From an uncultured bacterium (GTDB lineage: Bacteria > Bacillota_I > Bacilli_A > RF39 > UBA660): a stretch of DNA of 64,000 bases. This document shows positions 37,341 through 46,577 of the stretch, one piece after another. The stretch's first letter is position 1, and each line of letters begins with the position of its first letter. The translations under genes were made by a program, and so were the position numbers. The notes under the pieces are model-generated. The model saw nothing but the letters and a program-made list of their open reading frames with translations, was not told the origin of the DNA and made no database searches. Where the stretch lies: assembly GCA_946560065.1 (NCBI GenBank), contig CAMNUE010000002.1:78950-142949 (forward strand), written 5' to 3'.

Positions 37341-37706
37341 TTAAAGACCAAAAATATTTGGTGCCTGTGCGATTGCAACTAGCATGAAGCCAGCCATCAT
37401 AGTCATAAGTCCACGGCTCTTTCCCTCTGCATCCTCTCTCTGCCAACCGAGAGCGAAAAGCACACCACCAATCATGGCAACAATACCGCCAATTTTCATC
37501 AACCAGTCACAGATAAATGTAATAAAAGCATCCACACTGCTCGTGTTGCTTCCAACTGCGTACACATTGCTTGTCATCAACAAATATGATACTGCAAACG
37601 ATTGCATGGCAACCATACCTTGTGCTACTTTTCTTCTTAACTTCTGATTCATTTTCAAAATTCCTTTCTGTTCAACGTTTTGCGTTTTCAATACTTTCTT
37701 TTCCAT
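37341..37706 (-). CDS. Maff2-family small membrane protein
   Basis: VDAFITFICDWLMKIGGIVAMIGGVLFALGWQREDAEGKSRGLMTMMAGFMLVAIA. The alternative start ATG 37652 also has a good RBS. Confidence 0.65.
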   Translation of the reverse strand: MEKKVLKTQNVEQKGILKMNQKLRRKVAQGMVAMQSFAVSYLLMTSNVYAVGSNTSSVDAFITFICDWLMKIGGIVAMIGGVLFALGWQREDAEGKSRGLMTMMAGFMLVAIAQAPNIFGL

Positions 37707-37840
37707 ATTTTTTTCTCCTCTTCTTTCTGTTTTATCAAAAAATAAAAAGACATCTGGTCTTTTTTCTTTATGTAATTTGGTTTATTTCAAAATATCACCC
37801 CTTCCATCGCCAAAGGAAAACAATCAAACTATCAATCCAA

Positions 37841-39844
37841 TCAAACTATCAATCGACCATATCCTTTCTTTTTAAACTCTGCCTCTTCTTCTGATGTTAC
37901 CTTTTCCATCTGGAAGCCAATCTCGCATTGAATACCAATAGTCGCCATATACTCGCTCAAAAGTTCTTTGTTTGACTTTTTTGAGAGGTGTTCTAAATGG
38001 TCGTAATACTTTGCGTGATTTTCTTCCCATTCCTTTGTCGTATGATCGCTTTTCTGTTCTGTCCACGCTTCCCATAATTCGCTGTAGCGTGGATGTTTTT
38101 TTAAATCATACAACTTAGAGTAGAATGGATCTGTACCAGACATCAATAAAATTCCGTAGCCTTTAGGAAGCTGAGAAAGCTCATCCATTGTGGCGAGTTC
38201 TCTTCCATATATATCCCAATTTTGAGAAGAAGACCCTTGTCTTCCATAAGAACGACCTGTCGATTTTTTATATAAACTTTCTTTTCCTAACATGGCACTC
38301 ATGTATTCCAAAGTTTCTTTTGACCTCGATCCTAAGAAAAACAAGTAGTCACAGCAGTCAAGACCTGTTTCCCATTCGTCCTTATAAATCTTCTTAAACT
38401 GGCTCAATGATTGCAATATCACCGTTATACCGCAGTCCAAACCACGAACATAAGCCCAATTTTCCAAAAAATTTGGGATACTTCCAAGCTGCCGAAATTC
38501 GTCTAGATATATGTTGCAAGGTATTGCAAGTCGTCCATCATTATCCCCTGCATTTTGGTCGATAATATTGAAAATTTGCGAGTACATAAGATTTGCTAAG
38601 AAGTTAAATGCCTTGTCGTTTGGATTGGTGATGATAAAATAAGCAACTTTTCCATCCTTTCGCTTGCCATTCTTGTCAGTGAGACTCAAAGGCTTTCCAA
38701 TGCGGTCTAACTCCATTGTATCGTCTACAGTCATTCTTTCTACTTCTCTTAGGTTAAATGGTGCAAGACGAGCAGAAGCGGTCATAATGATTGTGCTCAT
38801 CGTTTTTGGTGTTTTTGCAGAGACCATAAAATGCTTCCACTGCTTAACTCCAATGTTGTCTGGATCGTCCTTTTCCCATTCGATAAATTTATTCCCAAGT
38901 TCGGAATTTCCTTTTTGATCGATCTCTCCTAGACGGATCAGTTCCAAAACCTTTTTAAAATTTCTCTCCTCTTCTGGGCAACGAAATAATACATAATAGA
39001 AAAGTGCCTGCAATAGCACCATCTCTGCCTTCTCCCAGAACGGGTCACCAGAACTGCTTTCGATTGTCTCGCTTTTTGTGGAGTTCATAATTGTATTGAT
39101 GAGCGACATGACATCATCTTCTGCAATATTTCCACCAGTCGTTTCCAATCGCTCCATCATTTCTTTTCGATCCTCATCACTATCACAATCAATCAAATAA
39201 GCTTCTGACGGAAGTTTTCTTATATAACTAAACGGATTGTAGTGATCGCTTCGCCATTTCGATTTGACATTTAAGACTTTAATATCATAACCTTGTTGCT
39301 TTAGTGAATGACCTGTAGCACGTAAAAGCTCTTCCTTCGGATCTGTTACAATAATGGTTTCATCATCTGCACTCAGAATATTTGGAATCAAAAAGTAGCG
39401 ACTTTTTCCCGTACCAGGACGACCAATGATAGCAAGATTTCGATTTCGTCCAGTTATCTTCATATCTTTCGATAAGATTTCTGTTTCGGTAAAAATCCAA
39501 TTTTTTGTGAATATCTTTTCTCTCAGTTTTTTTGTAAAATCTGGTGTATTCCATTTCGCACTACCAAAAGCTGTATCCTGGCGATTTTTCTTATTTTGAG
39601 ATACGAGAGTTTCGTAACACATCCAGGTAAAAAGTGATAAAGCTAATCCAATAAAAATCGACTTTTCATTAAATATAATTGGTGCAAAAGAAAATAGCTG
39701 ATCGCTCGCTTGACTTAATGCTTCAAACGACCATTCACCATCATTTAATTCCACACAGGTTCCGATTCTAAGCCCGATATAAAAAGCCAAAACAACGAAA
39801 ATCAATAGCAGCACATAATTATTTTGGTTTCTTCTTGGTTTCAT
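37841..39844 (-). CDS. virD4: VirD4/TraG-type type IV coupling protein
   Basis: Two N-terminal TMs; Walker A AIIGRPGTGKSRYF; Walker B NIYLDEFRQLG. Confidence 0.9.
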   Translation of the reverse strand: MKPRRNQNNYVLLLIFVVLAFYIGLRIGTCVELNDGEWSFEALSQASDQLFSFAPIIFNEKSIFIGLALSLFTWMCYETLVSQNKKNRQDTAFGSAKWNTPDFTKKLREKIFTKNWIFTETEILSKDMKITGRNRNLAIIGRPGTGKSRYFLIPNILSADDETIIVTDPKEELLRATGHSLKQQGYDIKVLNVKSKWRSDHYNPFSYIRKLPSEAYLIDCDSDEDRKEMMERLETTGGNIAEDDVMSLINTIMNSTKSETIESSSGDPFWEKAEMVLLQALFYYVLFRCPEEERNFKKVLELIRLGEIDQKGNSELGNKFIEWEKDDPDNIGVKQWKHFMVSAKTPKTMSTIIMTASARLAPFNLREVERMTVDDTMELDRIGKPLSLTDKNGKRKDGKVAYFIITNPNDKAFNFLANLMYSQIFNIIDQNAGDNDGRLAIPCNIYLDEFRQLGSIPNFLENWAYVRGLDCGITVILQSLSQFKKIYKDEWETGLDCCDYLFFLGSRSKETLEYMSAMLGKESLYKKSTGRSYGRQGSSSQNWDIYGRELATMDELSQLPKGYGILLMSGTDPFYSKLYDLKKHPRYSELWEAWTEQKSDHTTKEWEENHAKYYDHLEHLSKKSNKELLSEYMATIGIQCEIGFQMEKVTSEEEAEFKKKGYGRLIV

Positions 39845-41097
39845 TTTTCTAACTCACCATCTTCCAAATTCAGTGGAACGCTATCATTTTCCATATTGTT
39901 ATCTTTCGCCCACGAATCATTGGTTTTATCCTCTCGCTCTAAACCTTTTTGCGAATTTTGTTGTTCGTGGGCTTGCGCATTTTTTGATGCAACATTCTTT
40001 GCTACTTCTTTCGCAGTATTCATTGCCATCGACACAGTTACAGAACCATCAGGATTATGGATTGCAATATAATCTTTGCCGTCATATTCACTTCTGAATT
40101 TTTCCATTTCCTTTGTCTCAGTGATACGTATCGTACCTATCGCATCATCATCATTTTTTTTCTGGTCCAATGTTTCTCCGCCGTTTGCTCCATACTCGAC
40201 AATTCGTTTTTCTCCATCCCCGAATATTTTCTTGGCTTCTTCACGGTAACGCTGACGGTACCAAAGCATCATGTTATTGTCATCATACACTTTGGCACTA
40301 CATGGAAGGCTTTCGCAAATATCGGAATATTTTTCGCAGAAAGTTTCTTTAGAAATAATCTGTTTGCAAACATTTTCTTTTGTAATTTCTCGATCGATTC
40401 CATATTCACGTCCTGCTTGCAATTCTTTTACTTCTAGTTTATCAGGCTGAGCTGTGAAATCTTCTTTCGCTTTTTCATCGATAACTTCACTTCCACCGTT
40501 TTCTTTCGCTTCTTCTGCAATACGTTTCTTTACAACACTTTGAAGCCATTCATTGAAAGTCTCTGTATGTTTGGCATTACACTTGATACGGTAACACCTA
40601 TCCACATTCCCATCTTTTTTTCTTTGAACTTCTTGAAGTGCGATCTTACTTTTGAGTTCTTCAACTTTGCCGTTGCACACTTGATTCACGATTCCGACTT
40701 TATTAAACCGTTCAGCTCGTCGTTCCCATTTTCTGAGCTGGATTTCATCTTTTGCAAGGTCTTCCTGCTCTTTAATGGACATTCCACGGCTCATTGGTTC
40801 ACCGTTTGCATCCACTTCGTATGCAACTGCCAAAATATCGTTTTCCATACAAAATGCAATTCCATCTCTTAACTCATCCTCTGTTAGCTGTGGCGATTTG
40901 ACAAGCGAATCATTAATTCCATCCTGCTTGATTGCCTTAATTGGATCCATGTGTCTGTATTTATATTTTTTGACTTGTTTGTTTATCCACTCTCTCGTAG
41001 GCTTTATGACATGTCGGTTAATATATTGAAGGAAGCGTAGCCCCCACCAAATTGATTTCTGTACATTTTCTACATCATGTTTTGTGTCAGCACTCAT
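39841..41097 (-). CDS. hypothetical protein coupled between primase and T4CP
   Basis: 418 aa with 4-nt overlaps on both sides. No motif recognised. Confidence 0.6.
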   Translation of the reverse strand: MSADTKHDVENVQKSIWWGLRFLQYINRHVIKPTREWINKQVKKYKYRHMDPIKAIKQDGINDSLVKSPQLTEDELRDGIAFCMENDILAVAYEVDANGEPMSRGMSIKEQEDLAKDEIQLRKWERRAERFNKVGIVNQVCNGKVEELKSKIALQEVQRKKDGNVDRCYRIKCNAKHTETFNEWLQSVVKKRIAEEAKENGGSEVIDEKAKEDFTAQPDKLEVKELQAGREYGIDREITKENVCKQIISKETFCEKYSDICESLPCSAKVYDDNNMMLWYRQRYREEAKKIFGDGEKRIVEYGANGGETLDQKKNDDDAIGTIRITETKEMEKFRSEYDGKDYIAIHNPDGSVTVSMAMNTAKEVAKNVASKNAQAHEQQNSQKGLEREDKTNDSWAKDNNMENDSVPLNLEDGELEK

Positions 41098-44000
41098 GCA
41101 TATTCAACTCCTCTTTCGTTAAAATCATTATAAATATTTTCTATATCCATCGCACCCTTCAAAGATTCTTGGTACATTGGATCAATTTCGTTTGCCAAAA
41201 CCACAGAATCATATTCACCGTTGTTTTTGTAGCTGGAATACTCTTTATTTCTAGTTGTCATCAAAACAACATTCTCGTCATCCAAACGAAGCAGATCGTT
41301 CTTGCTGATAGCAACATATCCATAGGTACGATTTCGATATATTGGAATCCCATAAAAACCATCTTTCAATTCCATCAAATCTGATTCACGAACTGTTACA
41401 TAAGCGCTTTTTTCCATTGGAATATCAGGTATATGTTTATCCAGGTCAGAATAGTTTAATTTGCCAATTACTGCCAATTCTTTTCCTTCCTGTTTCATCA
41501 GCATGATATTGGACATAATTTGTCCTTGATACATGCCATCAATTTTTGGAGTGATCGATACTTTGTTTTTCCATTTATTATGGTAAAAACTACCGTTTGG
41601 AATGTAGAGTACATATCCCTCTACAGAACTTTTCAAATTAAGATAAGTTGCTTCTTTTTGACTTATCCGTTTTGCGGATACAACGTAAGCACCTGATTCT
41701 GGCTTTTTTAATTCCTTCACAAAAGGTAACTGCAATTTCCGTTTTCCTTTTGATATTTGTTTTACTGATTCCTGTTCTGGCAATTCTTGTTTTAGGGAAC
41801 TCAGTTCCTTTTCTTGTCTTAATAAATCGCTAGATTTCTCTTCCCAATAATGCATCAATTCATCCCCGTTTATCTTTTCATTTTTTTCTCCTGATTTGCT
41901 ATAAATCTGATACTCTTTTCCCGTATCGATCCAGGCTTTCATAACATCTCCTGATTTCGACCAATTTATGTTCTTCTTGCTCACATACATATATTTGGTA
42001 GCTCTGGTATTGGGAATCCTCACAAAGTATGCAGATTCGGTTTCTTTATGAAGCAAACTTCGATGAATAGTAAATGCTTTTGTTTCACCTTTTTTCACTT
42101 TTTCTTGTTTCATAGGTTCCTGATTTTGGGAACTCAGTTCCTTTTTTTTCTTTGACTTATCTTCCCAATAATCCATCAGTTGATTGCCTTTTAAATTTTC
42201 TTTTTTTGTACCTGCTTTATCATAAATTTTATACATATAATCCGAATCAATTATGGTACTCAATATGTCATTTTCTTTCGACCATTTGGTATGCTTTTTA
42301 CTCAAATACATATACTTGGTAGCTCCCGTATTTGGGATTCTTACAAAATAAGAACGATCAGTTTCGTTTACAATCAACGAATGATGTACTGTAAAAGTAC
42401 GTGTTTCCTGCTTTGATGCATTTACTGATTTACTATTTTCTACAGCACTTTTCTGTTCCTGCAAAACAGGTTCTTTCTGTTCTTTTTCTGGTTTAATTTG
42501 AGGCTTTATTACGTTTTCTTGAGTCAGTTTGAGAATGTCACTTTTGTTATCGAAAATCAAGATTTCTTTATATCCCGTGCCAGAAACATTTTTAAACTTT
42601 GGATCGACAGCAAAAAGCATCTCTTTTGGGAACACATTCGAATAAGAGAAAAAATGCATTTCCTCTTTCATAAAAAAACGACCTTTTAATCCTTCCACCA
42701 ATGCTTGTGACTGCGGATAGTCTTGAATCCCTACGATGGCATCATAATCATTGATGTCATTCAAAATATAGAGTTCATCCACATTGTCATACTGTGAACG
42801 TTCCTCAGCCGAATAAGTTTCTTCAAACTGTTTAATAATCAAACGTTTTTGTTCCTCGGTTAGTTGAAGTCTCGCCCTTTGTCCTTTTGCATTTTGTACA
42901 TAGCATTTATCAAATAAATTCTCATGTTTAAAAGTATGAACCTCTTCAAATTTTTTCCATTCCGCATCTTGGCGTATACTCTCTCTTACTAACTCCAAAA
43001 TATTGATTCGGTCCATTTCTTCGTTGATATAAGTTGATGGATCTTCAACAAAGATAGCAAGTGCTCGATCTTTGATTTCATCTGCATGTTGATTAAAGTA
43101 ATCCAAATAAGTTTGATTGGCATTTTTCTTTATGCAACGTTCCACGTTGGCGATCACGTAACGATTGAGCAAATTATCTTTCAGGGTATCGACTGCCTTC
43201 TTTTCCATGATTGGAACAGGATGCAAAATATCTTCCAGCTCTTTCTTCGTGAAATCACTTTTTGCATATACCAATTCTTTGAATAAGGCTTCATCAAACG
43301 TATTATTGATAATTCCATCTTCTTTGGCATTGTCATACGCTTGCTTGATATTCACCACATTCATTTCTTTGGTTAAATATTTGTTTTCAAAAAGGAACTC
43401 AGTTCCTGTTTTTTTCACCGCTGAAAGATCCTCTTCTTTTACGCCAACATTGGCAAAATCCCATAAATCCTTACTTTCAATTTCATCACTTAACCGCATT
43501 CGTTCTTTGACTTTGGATAGATCGACGACACTGACTTGAAAGCCTTTTTTCAAAAGTTCAGGTACTTCTTTTACCATAGCTGCTTTTCCAGCCTTGTCGT
43601 TATCCCTCATCAAAACAATTTCGCAATTCAGGCGCTCGATCATAGATAACTGTTCATCGCTTAGTGATGTTCCCATAGATGCAACAATATTTTGAATTCC
43701 AACTTTCTTTCCACCAGCGACATCCATAAACCCTTCAACTACATAGATTGCGTTTCCGTAACTATATTTTTTCGCTGATTCGTAATTGTATAGAATGTTG
43801 TTCTTCTTAAATAATTCCGTTGATGCAGAGTGTAGATACTTTGGTTCCTCTCCATTCATTGCACGTCCGCTGAATGCTACTGTATTTCCTCTTTCGTCTT
43901 TAATTGGAATTAAGATTCGGTCTCCAAAAAAAGGACGATAGTTTCCTTTTTCGTCTTGCCATAAAAAACCGATTTCTACCAAATCGTCTAGCGGAAAAGT

Positions 44001-44570
44001 ACGGTTCTGAATCCAGTTCTCCACTTGATGTTTTGGCAGATAACCAAAATCCATTTCTGCCATTAAAGATTTATCAAAACCTCGTGATTCCAGGTAGTTG
44101 CGTGCTTTATCTTCTACAGATGAGAGCAACTGATAACTTCCCGTTTTCATTAATCGATCAAGAAGTTCCAAAAGCGATTTTTCTTTTTCCGAATATGTAT
44201 GTGCATTGTGCACATATTGGTTATCATTTTTCCTTTTATCTAACATGGATAAATCGACATTCAAACCGCATATTTCATTCACTTTTTTCATTGCGTCTAA
44301 GGTTTCAAATTTCGTATTTCCAAGCACTTTTTCTTCATACTTCTGAACAAATGTAATTGCATTCCCCTTTTCTCCGCAAACAAAACAATTCCAAATCTTA
44401 TCATCTTTTGTGATGCTAAGTGATGGATCGTGATCGGTATGAAATGGACAGATGGTTTTATTCTTGTTGACAGAAAGCCCATATGATTCTAGCACCATGC
44501 GGACGCTTGCTTGTTCCAATATCTCTTGATATTTTTGTCCAAATAGTGTTTTGGGTTTCGTTTTTGCCAT
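41094..44570 (-). CDS. DnaG-like primase (CHC2 zinc finger + Toprim) with four C-terminal repeat domains
   Basis: CPFHTDHDPSLSI..WNCFVCGEKGNAITFV; Toprim YVVEGFMDV...MRDNDKAG. Tandem ~85-100-aa repeats lie in the last ~420 aa. Confidence 0.9.
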   Translation of the reverse strand: MAKTKPKTLFGQKYQEILEQASVRMVLESYGLSVNKNKTICPFHTDHDPSLSITKDDKIWNCFVCGEKGNAITFVQKYEEKVLGNTKFETLDAMKKVNEICGLNVDLSMLDKRKNDNQYVHNAHTYSEKEKSLLELLDRLMKTGSYQLLSSVEDKARNYLESRGFDKSLMAEMDFGYLPKHQVENWIQNRTFPLDDLVEIGFLWQDEKGNYRPFFGDRILIPIKDERGNTVAFSGRAMNGEEPKYLHSASTELFKKNNILYNYESAKKYSYGNAIYVVEGFMDVAGGKKVGIQNIVASMGTSLSDEQLSMIERLNCEIVLMRDNDKAGKAAMVKEVPELLKKGFQVSVVDLSKVKERMRLSDEIESKDLWDFANVGVKEEDLSAVKKTGTEFLFENKYLTKEMNVVNIKQAYDNAKEDGIINNTFDEALFKELVYAKSDFTKKELEDILHPVPIMEKKAVDTLKDNLLNRYVIANVERCIKKNANQTYLDYFNQHADEIKDRALAIFVEDPSTYINEEMDRINILELVRESIRQDAEWKKFEEVHTFKHENLFDKCYVQNAKGQRARLQLTEEQKRLIIKQFEETYSAEERSQYDNVDELYILNDINDYDAIVGIQDYPQSQALVEGLKGRFFMKEEMHFFSYSNVFPKEMLFAVDPKFKNVSGTGYKEILIFDNKSDILKLTQENVIKPQIKPEKEQKEPVLQEQKSAVENSKSVNASKQETRTFTVHHSLIVNETDRSYFVRIPNTGATKYMYLSKKHTKWSKENDILSTIIDSDYMYKIYDKAGTKKENLKGNQLMDYWEDKSKKKKELSSQNQEPMKQEKVKKGETKAFTIHRSLLHKETESAYFVRIPNTRATKYMYVSKKNINWSKSGDVMKAWIDTGKEYQIYSKSGEKNEKINGDELMHYWEEKSSDLLRQEKELSSLKQELPEQESVKQISKGKRKLQLPFVKELKKPESGAYVVSAKRISQKEATYLNLKSSVEGYVLYIPNGSFYHNKWKNKVSITPKIDGMYQGQIMSNIMLMKQEGKELAVIGKLNYSDLDKHIPDIPMEKSAYVTVRESDLMELKDGFYGIPIYRNRTYGYVAISKNDLLRLDDENVVLMTTRNKEYSSYKNNGEYDSVVLANEIDPMYQESLKGAMDIENIYNDFNERGVEYA
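41796..41808. repeat. GGAACTNAGTTCC palindrome, copy 4 (inside primase CDS)
   Basis: Encodes K-E-L-S-S (aag gaa ctg agt tcc). Confidence 0.9.
42130..42142. repeat. GGAACTNAGTTCC palindrome, copy 5 (inside primase CDS)
   Basis: Encodes K-E-L-S-S in the same frame as copy 4. Confidence 0.9.
43394..43406. repeat. GGAACTNAGTTCC palindrome, copy 6 (inside primase CDS, other frame)
   Basis: Encodes G-T-E-F (gga act gag ttc c). Flanked by A7 and T5. Confidence 0.9.
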
Positions 44571-44592
44571 AACAATCTCCTTTCTAAATAAA

Positions 44593-44605
44593 GGAACTCA
44601 GTTCC
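44593..44605. repeat. GGAACTNAGTTCC palindrome, copy 7
   Basis: 22 nt before the primase ATG 44570. Confidence 0.9.
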
Positions 44606-44619
44606 TTTTTCTTTTCTCT

Positions 44620-44680
44620 ATTGTTTGAAAGATAGAAAAAAATCTATCTCTCAAACAATAAAGAGAGGAATATTCCTCTC
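44620..44680 (-). terminator. two consecutive hairpins after the pilus operon
   Basis: Palindrome GAGAGGAAUAUUCCUCUC (44663-44680), then a 16-bp stem with one mismatch (44620-44659). Confidence 0.6.
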
Positions 44681-44689
44681 AATATTTGT

Positions 44690-45724
44690 TTAATCTTTTT
44701 TTGATTTTCTCAGTTTGCAAATCAAAATGATGCTTACACCTGCTACACAAGCAAGTCCTACGTAAAGTCCAAGATTAGAATTTACACCAGTATGTACGTT
44801 GTTAAACGGCAATAAGGAATTCTTATAAACGATCGAATACAATAATTCATCGTCGGATTCTGCTTTTTTGTCATTCACAAAAATACCTTCATCATTTACC
44901 TCAATTTTTACGACTTCTGGGCTGAGGATATAGCCTTGTGGGGCTTTTGTCTCTTTAATGTATGTTACACCATAATCGACCATAAATACGGCTGTTCCTG
45001 TTTCTGTGTTGCCCTGAACTGTATCAATCGGCTTCTTGCAATCTTTGTCTTCATAGGATGTAAATTCAAATTGGCTGTTCGTGATGTTTTTCATCGTAGA
45101 TTCATCCACTTTGTTCACTTCAATTTTTGGAAGTTGATTGTGTTTTGGATAAACATCTACATCGTAAAGCATCAATTTGTCAATATCATCCCATGTTGGA
45201 ATAGCAATCAAAAACGGTGTAATAAATTCGTATTCAGCAACATCGACTACGTAAAACAGATATACGCCAACTGGTACATCTGTGTATATCGCTTTTCCTT
45301 CGGCATTTGTCTTGAGTAACGTCACGTCTTCTGAGTTCTCTTCAATCTTATGTGCCAATTCTTTAGCGTAAAGCTCCATTTCATTGGCATTTTTGATTTC
45401 ATTCAAGTCAAGACCTGTTTCTGTAAAAGGTTCGTTGAGTATATATTCTCCCTTTTCGATTTTCGCAACTTGTACGACTCCAAATTGTACGTTTTCTTTG
45501 GATCTTTTATCCGCTGAATCTTCCAACTGAATCGTAATACTGCCTAATCCATTTTCGGGAATAACTGTCAAATCCTTTTCAGGAACAAGCGTTACATCAG
45601 ATGTTCTTTCGCCGTCATCGTTTTTATACTCTTCTGCCATAACTGGATTCGCACATAATAGAGGAATAGATAAAGCGATTCCTGCGGTTAGCAACATGGT
45701 TTTTAATTTATTCACCAGCATCAC
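44690..45724 (-). CDS. minor/basal pilin-like surface protein with non-canonical sorting signal
   Basis: Signal peptide. SpaA/CnaB-like module EFTSYEDKDCKKPIDTV...YIKETKAPQGYILS. C-terminus NVHTG + hydrophobic helix + KLRKSKKD. Confidence 0.7.
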   Translation of the reverse strand: MMLVNKLKTMLLTAGIALSIPLLCANPVMAEEYKNDDGERTSDVTLVPEKDLTVIPENGLGSITIQLEDSADKRSKENVQFGVVQVAKIEKGEYILNEPFTETGLDLNEIKNANEMELYAKELAHKIEENSEDVTLLKTNAEGKAIYTDVPVGVYLFYVVDVAEYEFITPFLIAIPTWDDIDKLMLYDVDVYPKHNQLPKIEVNKVDESTMKNITNSQFEFTSYEDKDCKKPIDTVQGNTETGTAVFMVDYGVTYIKETKAPQGYILSPEVVKIEVNDEGIFVNDKKAESDDELLYSIVYKNSLLPFNNVHTGVNSNLGLYVGLACVAGVSIILICKLRKSKKD

Positions 45725-46559
45725 CTTTCTCCTTTCTTTTTCGTTTCACAAAATCTGTGATATAGTGTCCGAGTCCTAAAGCCAAGAAAATAAACGGCAA
45801 CAATGCGAAAATGATCTCACGGATCGACATTCCACCGCTTGTTATACTATCTCGTTCAAGTTCGTTGTAAGGTACTCTTTCGCCTGTTACGACTAATCTA
45901 TGTGTATTGAGTCCATAGGGCGTACAAGTGATAAGCGACACCAGATCTTTCCCTGGTACAGTGTCCAGCATTTCCACGTCCGTCGGTTCGATCACAGTTA
46001 TATCATTGATTTTGTATGCTAGTTTTTCTCCTGCGGTTGTGATGTAGAATAAGTCGCCTTCATTCAATTCATCTAATCGAGTAAAGAGCTTGCTGTTCGG
46101 CAAACCTCTATGTCCCGTCAGAATAGACCTCGTATTCTCACCGCCAACTGGCAAACTGGAATTCTGCAAGTGTCCAACTCCAATTTTCAATGTGTCATCA
46201 TCTGTTCCATGATAGATGGGAAGATCTACATTGATTTTTGGAATCTCAATTTGTGCCATCACATCGGAGTTGCCGAATTTTAATTGTTTTTTATAGTTTT
46301 CATCGCTATAAAATTCCATATCAACATCCCCAACTAATCCCCCTTGGGATTGCCAGAGCTTATCATTATATGCCCTGGCATCCTTAAGGATTTCTTGTCG
46401 TTTGGCTTCATCTGAATGATCGACTTCCGATGAATATGTAGAAATGACATTTCTTTGAACATATCCTTCGTACAAACTCGCACCTAGCGGATAGGCGCAA
46501 CAGAAAATTCCTACAACAAACAAAATTCGCAGAAATATTTTTCTTGTCTTATTCTTCAT
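45708..46559 (-). CDS. srtC: class C (pilin-polymerising) sortase
   Basis: IPKINVDLPIYHGT, LTGHRG, LVSLITCTPYGLNTHRLVVTGERV, and a C-terminal TM. Confidence 0.85.
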   Translation of the reverse strand: MKNKTRKIFLRILFVVGIFCCAYPLGASLYEGYVQRNVISTYSSEVDHSDEAKRQEILKDARAYNDKLWQSQGGLVGDVDMEFYSDENYKKQLKFGNSDVMAQIEIPKINVDLPIYHGTDDDTLKIGVGHLQNSSLPVGGENTRSILTGHRGLPNSKLFTRLDELNEGDLFYITTAGEKLAYKINDITVIEPTDVEMLDTVPGKDLVSLITCTPYGLNTHRLVVTGERVPYNELERDSITSGGMSIREIIFALLPFIFLALGLGHYITDFVKRKRKEKGDAGE

Positions 46560-46577
46560 TTAGAATCCGCTGTTTTA

